Made by a program: the position numbers and the translations under genes
Part shown: positions 58,923 to 64,000 of the stretch, piece after piece
Numbering within the stretch: the first letter of the stretch is position 1
Layout: each line of letters opens with the position of its first letter
The notes under the pieces: model-generated
Told to the model about the DNA's origin: nothing
Databases searched by the model: none
Seen by the model: only the letters and a program-made list of their open reading frames with translations
Origin: a plasmid
Direction: 5' to 3' (one strand)
Sequence record: NZ_CP093377.1
Length of the DNA stretch: 64,000 bases

Positions 58923-59698
58923 TGATGCCTGCCCTTCCCGGCCAGGGGATTGCCCTGCCTGCCGCATCGCTGCCGGTGGCCATCGACTACCCGGCCGCCC
59001 TCGCCTTACGCCAGATGGCGCTGGTTCAGGACGAACTGCCGAAATATCTGCTGGCGCCGGAAGTGAGTGCCCTGCTCCACTATGTACCCGATCTCCACCG
59101 CAAGATGTTGCTGACCACCCTCTGGAACACCGGCGCGCGCATTAACGAAGCGCTGGCGCTGACCCGGAGTGATTTTTCTCTGGCGCCGCCCTACCCGTTC
59201 GTGCAGCTGGCCACACTCAAGCAGCGGGCGGAGAAAGCGGCCCGAACGGCCGGCCGCTCGCCTGCCGGCAGTCAGGCGCATCGCCTGGTTCCGCTTTCCG
59301 ATGCGAACTATGTCGGTCAGCTGGAGATGATGGTGGCCACGCTGAAAATACCTCTTGAACGACGCAACAAGCGAAGCGGCAGAACCGAGAAGGCGCGTAT
59401 CTGGGAGGTTACCGATCGGACGGTCCGCACCTGGCTCAGCGAAGCGGTTGAAGCGGCAGCGGCTGACGGGGTGACATTCTCCGTGCCGGTGACCCCGCAC
59501 ACGTTCCGTCATTCCTACGCCATGCACATGCTTTATGCCGGTATACCACTGAAGGTGCTGCAGAGTTTAATGGGACACAAGAGCATCAGCTCGACGGAGG
59601 TGTACACGAAGGTGTTTGCGCTCGATGTGGCGGCACGGCACAGGGTACAGTTCCAGATGCCTGGCGATGAGGCGGTGGCGCTGATAAAAAAAATCTAA
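58919..59698 (+). CDS. Tyrosine site-specific recombinase (probable plasmid multimer resolvase)
   Basis: C-terminal HTFRHSYAMHML...LMGHKSISSTEVYT carries the R-H-R-Y catalytic signature. Confidence 0.75.
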   Translation: MMMPALPGQGIALPAASLPVAIDYPAALALRQMALVQDELPKYLLAPEVSALLHYVPDLHRKMLLTTLWNTGARINEALALTRSDFSLAPPYPFVQLATLKQRAEKAARTAGRSPAGSQAHRLVPLSDANYVGQLEMMVATLKIPLERRNKRSGRTEKARIWEVTDRTVRTWLSEAVEAAAADGVTFSVPVTPHTFRHSYAMHMLYAGIPLKVLQSLMGHKSISSTEVYTKVFALDVAARHRVQFQMPGDEAVALIKKI

Positions 59699-59725
59699 AA
59701 AAGTTGAAAGTATTTAACATCTCAA

Positions 59726-59759
59726 TTTGATGTTGTTTTAATATTAAAACAACATCAAA
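59726..59759. repeat. Perfect 34-bp palindrome aTTGATGTTGTTTTAATATTAAAACAACATCAAt
   Basis: Self-complementarity checked by eye. Related TTAATATTAA half-sites lie at 60792-60815 and 60885-60900. Confidence 0.9.
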
Positions 59760-59791
59760 CGGAGATTGCTTTGATTGTTTTTTGATATTAT

Positions 59792-60076
59792 CTACTCGCT
59801 TATTTTCTTCTTGCCCGCAATTTGCAAACCATAGTCCAGTATGTTGATGCAAGACATATTTATGAATGCAGCTCGCGATTGCCCGTTCTCTGCAGCAGCT
59901 TCGTCAATACGCTGAATCAGTTCAGGGTCCATTGTGATTGTGATCTGCTGTTTTTTTCCTTTTACCACTCCCTTCGAAGCGGGAACTTTTGCATCAGGGG
60001 CTGAGTTTATAAAGTTCTCTACTGCATCATTCTTTGAAACGGGTGGTTGGGTTTTGGGTTTTTTTTGGATTGGCAT
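59792..60076 (-). CDS. parG: ParG-like RHH centromere-binding partition protein
   Basis: RHH motif QITITMDPELIQRIDEAAAENGQSRAAFI, immediately downstream of parA. Confidence 0.6.
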   Translation of the reverse strand: MPIQKKPKTQPPVSKNDAVENFINSAPDAKVPASKGVVKGKKQQITITMDPELIQRIDEAAAENGQSRAAFINMSCINILDYGLQIAGKKKISE

Positions 60077-60123
60077 TTCATATCACCTAAACATTATTTT
60101 GATATTATTTTGATTGCATTTGA

Positions 60124-60783
60124 CTATTTAAATAGTATTGATATGAGAGCATCTAACTCTTGCACTGCAATCTTTTCATGCGAACGTAATTTCAGCTCAC
60201 TTACGGTTCTCCCGCTGCCTGCAGCATTGGCGTAAACTTTTCTTTGATAGATGATTTTGTCTAGGATTGGGATGTCCTCTTTGTACTCTTCCATCATTTC
60301 CAGCATATCTTTGTTGTCAGAGGATCTGGCTTGAGTATCTGCTTTGTTCAAAAGCGAATAACAGACCAATCCATCTCTGATACTTCGCGCTTCTTTGATT
60401 AGATCGGCGTTGGCATCCATGGCCCAGGCTTCGAAACTTCCAGGTGCTGAAGGAACTAAAAGGACGTCTGTGATTGTCAGAGCAGCCCTCATGGCTGTGG
60501 AATCACGGCCTCCACATTCGATGATGATATCGTCAAAGTTATCTTTCTGTTGGAGAACCTGGCTCCTTAACACCGGGCCTTCTGGGTAATGCGAGCAAGC
60601 AATACCTGGTTCAACCCCGTCTTCTGAACGAACCAGGATAGCTGTTTGAGAAGACCCTTGTTTATCACCATCAACTAACCATACTTTTCTGCCTTGCCGA
60701 GCTCTTGCCACTGCGATGTTAACCGCGAGAGTAGATTTACCTACTCCTCCTTTCGTATTAGCAATCGTTAGTATCATTTTCAT
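60124..60783 (-). CDS. parA: ParA/ParF-family partition ATPase
   Basis: Deviant Walker A KGGVGKST in the N-terminus MKMILTIANTKGGVGKSTLAVNIA. Confidence 0.85.
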   Translation of the reverse strand: MKMILTIANTKGGVGKSTLAVNIAVARARQGRKVWLVDGDKQGSSQTAILVRSEDGVEPGIACSHYPEGPVLRSQVLQQKDNFDDIIIECGGRDSTAMRAALTITDVLLVPSAPGSFEAWAMDANADLIKEARSIRDGLVCYSLLNKADTQARSSDNKDMLEMMEEYKEDIPILDKIIYQRKVYANAAGSGRTVSELKLRSHEKIAVQELDALISILFK

Positions 60784-60989
60784 CTCTTTTTAATATTAAA
60801 AAACCATCAACATAGTAGTGAGTGAATCTCATTTAAGTCAAGTTTTAGCTGAGTTAACTTAACAGTATGATGATGTCTTTATAATGTTATCTTAATATTA
60901 AAGCAATATTACCATGATTGCTTTGTGATGGTAAGCATGGCTTTATACATTACGCGTCAGCATGTATTGATGTATGGGCTATAACTCAG

Positions 60990-61320
60990 CCACACTTAAC
61001 GAAAGAAATGGCCCCGGGAAGCAAAAAGTGGATTGTAGTGGGAAGTCTTCGCAGATTCGGTGTGTCGAAGTGGGGCAGGGTGAGGCAATTTGGGATAAAG
61101 GTGTGTTGAAGCGGGATAGCTTCTCACTTGTATCCAAAAGGTGTGTTGAAGTGGGAATGTACGGCAGTGAAAAAAGCACTTAACGGGTAATCCTCCCGTT
61201 ACAACACACCTAATAAGACGTTTAAGACGAGGGTTCCCGCTACAACACACCTAACAGGACGTTGATATAAGACCTCCCGTTTCAACACACCTTAATCGCG
61301 TCGCCTTCCCGCATTGACAC
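60990..61320. repeat. RepFIB-type iteron array (downstream set)
   Basis: At least six copies of the 17-19-bp unit AGGTGTGTTGAAGCGGGA / CCCGYWWCRACACACCT, in both orientations. Confidence 0.75.
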
Positions 61321-61323
61321 ACC

Positions 61324-62199
61324 TTATCCAGCTGCTCCTGGTTTCAAATTTGCTGTACGACTGTGAATCAGAACGAAAGTCTCTTTACCTTTTTTTGTAA
61401 TGCTGTGGTCAAGGTACCCAATATCCTGTAACTGCTTGAGGGCCAGTTTAATGATACGGTTCTGTTCCTTTACTGGGGAGAGCAATGAGAGCCTGTCACG
61501 TATGCGTTTGAAAGATATGGGGACAGGGTTCGTAGGCAGGCTTTCGATGAATGTATATAGGGCCTGAGCTGCTTCCTTGCGGGTTAGAGCGTTTATAGGC
61601 TTATGTCGGAGCAGTACAGTGTAATCAGTTTGGTAGAGTTCCCATAGTCGCTGATCCGCTTCAAGTTCCACCTGGTCGTTTGCAAAATCCAATTCACCTG
61701 TCTTAAGCAAACCTGTTACGGTAACTTTTTGAAGACCCTCTGACCCGCTGCGGTTAAAGGTAATGGTCTTGCCACGTATCCTTGTTAAAGCTTCTGAAAT
61801 GCTTTTCCTAAGGCGGGAATCGAATCGCTTAGACTCAAAGCGACACATTCCAGCAAATTCATGAAAAGTCAGCTTAATGCTGTTCGTTTTTAAACCGTAC
61901 TTACTAAAAGCTTCAATGATACCTACCCATACCTTGAAGTCGATGGCCATACTCAACCGTTCGCCGGTAATACGAATATCGTCGTAGCCCTCCCGCCTCG
62001 AGAATTCCAAATCCTTGAGAACAGAGGTCGCATCGATTGATGTTCTGGCACCCTTTGCTGGCCTGCTTGAGGGAACAAAAACATTTAATCTCATCAGGGC
62101 AACAGGCTGAACTGTGGCCTTACTCGTTACTGTGAGTTTATTGTTAACACTTTCACAATCTGGACCTATAACCTCGCCAATAAAAACTTTGTCATTCAT
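61324..62199 (-). CDS. repB: Rep_3-family iteron-binding replication initiator (RepFIB / P1 RepA-like)
   Basis: Strong similarity to P1 RepA along the whole length (TVQPVALMRL.VFVP, EGYDDI.ITG, EQNRIIK, IGYLD.SI.KKG.E.FV..HSR). Confidence 0.85.
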   Translation of the reverse strand: MNDKVFIGEVIGPDCESVNNKLTVTSKATVQPVALMRLNVFVPSSRPAKGARTSIDATSVLKDLEFSRREGYDDIRITGERLSMAIDFKVWVGIIEAFSKYGLKTNSIKLTFHEFAGMCRFESKRFDSRLRKSISEALTRIRGKTITFNRSGSEGLQKVTVTGLLKTGELDFANDQVELEADQRLWELYQTDYTVLLRHKPINALTRKEAAQALYTFIESLPTNPVPISFKRIRDRLSLLSPVKEQNRIIKLALKQLQDIGYLDHSITKKGKETFVLIHSRTANLKPGAAG

Positions 62200-62214
62200 A
62201 TAGTTATATCCATT

Positions 62215-62360
62215 CCAGCATATGATCGATATGTGCCTGAATTATTAACTTTTTCCCGTTTCGACACACCATTTTTCCCGATTCTACCCACCCTTTTCCC
62301 GTTTTGACACACCTTTTTCCCGCTTCGGAACACCTTTCTCCCACTACGACACACCAGAAA
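62215..62360. repeat. RepFIB-type iteron array (upstream set)
   Basis: Four copies of CCCGTTTYGACACACC-like units spaced about 32 bp apart. Confidence 0.75.
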
Positions 62361-62379
62361 ACGCTAAGAAGCCCGTAGT

Positions 62380-62480
62380 CAAAGGATTTGCAGCAAAAGG
62401 GATCAGTTTGGATCTATTCGGGTAATCTAGGATAAGTTATTGGATCTACTCAGTGGATAACTGGATAAGTTGTCTATGAA
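62380..62480. promoter_or_regulatory. Putative RepFIB origin segment with DnaA boxes and GATC sites
   Basis: AGTGGATAACTGGATAAG (TTATCCAC on the complement) plus several GGATC motifs. Confidence 0.45.
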
Positions 62481-62599
62481 TCTTCGAGCGTAAGCAGAAT
62501 ATGTCCGTGCAGTTCCCTGGTGCTTCCTCGCTCACTCGCGGGCTTCGCCCTGTCGTTCGGCTGCGGCGAGCACTACTGGCTCTCTCTGAAAGGCGAAAT

Positions 62600-63871
62600 T
62601 TAACTGATCCTTGCAATGGGGATATCTTTCCAGCGGGTGGTGTACGCAGGGGAGAGCATGCCGCGTTTCATCTGCCATGATGGCGCAATCCCTCGTCCGG
62701 CAAACCAGACCTGTCCCAGGCCTGAATGATTAATGCCATCGAGAACCTTCATCAGTTCCGCGCTGTGAGGGCGTGGCGGACGTTCGTCGAACAGCTGCAG
62801 CTGCGACACACCGGAGCCGGTGAAGTCATTAAGCATAACGCCCGCTTTGGCATACCGGTGGCCATCCTTCCAGATACGCTCCAGAGCCGTTGTGGCGGCC
62901 GCAATAATGTCCCGGGTATCCTGAGTGGGGGTAAGTAGTTTCTCCGTGGCCACGTTGCCGTAATAAGGCTCTTTAACAGCGAACGGAGACGTTTTGATGA
63001 ATACGGAAATATGCCGGCAGTACTGGTGCTCCTGACGCAGCTTTTCAGAGGCCCGCTCTGCGTACTGACAGATCGCCTGGCGGAGCGGATCGTACTCGGT
63101 GACCTTCTCACCAAAACTGCGGCTGCAGACAATCTGCTGTTTCGTCGGTGGGGCTTCCTCAAGCGACATGCAGCTTTCCCCGTTCAGTTCCCGCACAGTT
63201 CGCTCGAGAACCACGGAGAAATTTTTGCGGATGAAGGCCGGATTCGTCAGGGCCAGATCGAGCGCGGTCCTGATGCCCAGCACATTGAGCTTGCGTGCAA
63301 TACGGTTTCCCACGCCCCAGATCTCTTCGACCGGCTGCAGCGAAAGCAGTTTCCGCGTTCGCTGAGGATTCCCCTTGGTCAGGGCCAGCACGCCACGAAA
63401 CTGTTTCCACTCTTTTGAAGCCCACTGTGCTGATTTTGCCAGCGTTTTCGTTGGTCCGGCACCCACGCCGATGGTCAGGCGGGTACAGTCATATACGTGC
63501 TGGCGCAGCTGCCGGCCGAAGTCCTCCAGGTCCATGCAGTGCTCAACGCCGGTCAGGTCGAGGAACATCTCGTCAATCGAATACTGCTCCACCCTGGGGG
63601 CCAGCTCCTCCAGGCAGTTCATCACACGCGCCGACATCGAGGCGTAAAGCTCATAATTACTTGAGAAACAATATATTTGTTCCGGGTACAGTTCGTTTTT
63701 TATCTGGAACCACGGGGTGCCCATTTTTATAAATGGCTTAGCCTCGGCACTGCGGGCGATCACATTTCCGTCGTTGTTGCTCAGGACGACAACCGGCTTT
63801 CCTTTTAAATCCGGACGGAAAACACGTTCACAGCTGGCATAAAAGCTGTTCACATCGGCCAGGGCAAACAT
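62600..63871 (-). CDS. umuC: Y-family translesion polymerase subunit UmuC/MucB
   Basis: N-terminal [15 protein letters not shown] and 423-aa length are typical of UmuC. Confidence 0.9.
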   Translation of the reverse strand: MFALADVNSFYASCERVFRPDLKGKPVVVLSNNDGNVIARSAEAKPFIKMGTPWFQIKNELYPEQIYCFSSNYELYASMSARVMNCLEELAPRVEQYSIDEMFLDLTGVEHCMDLEDFGRQLRQHVYDCTRLTIGVGAGPTKTLAKSAQWASKEWKQFRGVLALTKGNPQRTRKLLSLQPVEEIWGVGNRIARKLNVLGIRTALDLALTNPAFIRKNFSVVLERTVRELNGESCMSLEEAPPTKQQIVCSRSFGEKVTEYDPLRQAICQYAERASEKLRQEHQYCRHISVFIKTSPFAVKEPYYGNVATEKLLTPTQDTRDIIAAATTALERIWKDGHRYAKAGVMLNDFTGSGVSQLQLFDERPPRPHSAELMKVLDGINHSGLGQVWFAGRGIAPSWQMKRGMLSPAYTTRWKDIPIARIS

Positions 63872-64000
63872 CAGTACATCTCCCTGGGACGGTGAATGAT
63901 GTGCGTGACGACGCCAAAGATATCCAGATCATCCGGGTCAGGATAAACAGGCGACCAGGAGGGGTTCATGGGCTGCAGCGTCAGCCTTGGCGTCAGCAGG
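63868..64000 (-). CDS. umuD: UmuD/MucA 3' end (truncated by window end)
   Basis: C-terminal ...[16 protein letters not shown]. Its stop overlaps the umuC start (ATGA). Confidence 0.65.

Noticed and set aside
60990-62360. Possible CRISPR array at the 17-19-bp direct repeats
   Set aside because: The repeats flank a Rep_3 initiator gene in both orientations with irregular spacing. These are replication iterons.

Overview
This window is a nearly complete backbone segment of an F-like (MOBF/MPF-F) multireplicon conjugative plasmid of Enterobacteriaceae. The layout was inferred by eye from the translated ORFs and sequence motifs; no database search was run.

Regions, in order:
(1) 1-13.9 kb: leading region, all genes on the + strand reading toward oriT. 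It holds an orphan DPPY N6-adenine methyltransferase, an antirestriction-like gene, a ParB-like nuclease-domain protein, psiB, psiA, hok/mok/sok, a frameshifted HsdM-like gene, a DUF932-like gene and a gene-X-like lytic transglycosylase. Three large direct repeats and a second family of hairpin repeats are interspersed.
(2) about 14.04-14.47 kb: oriT, with an F-type nic motif on the minus strand, followed by TraM operator palindromes.
(3) 14.5-49.4 kb: tra operon in the order traM, traA, traL, traE, traK, traB, traV, traC, trbI, traW, a 3.1-kb accessory insertion, traU, trbC, traN, traF, trbA/traQ/trbB/trbJ/trbF-like genes, traH, traG, traS, traT, ccdAB on the opposite strand, traD, traI. traJ and traY are absent; a divergent tandem Arc-like ribbon-helix-helix (RHH) gene occupies their place.
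(4) 49.4-52.1 kb: DsbA-like gene, then an IncFII-type replicon with the copA stem-loop, tap leader peptide, repA1 and a DnaA box.
(5) 52.6-59.7 kb: accessory genes. These are a YmgB-like gene, an inverted traX-like gene, a DUF2778/Tlde1-like pseudogene with a downstream small ORF, a three-gene RHH / Abi_2(HEPN) module, and a tyrosine recombinase.
(6) 59.7-64 kb: parA-parG partition operon, a RepFIB-type Rep_3 initiator flanked by iteron arrays, and umuC plus the 3' end of umuD.

No rRNA, tRNA, CRISPR array or transposase was seen.
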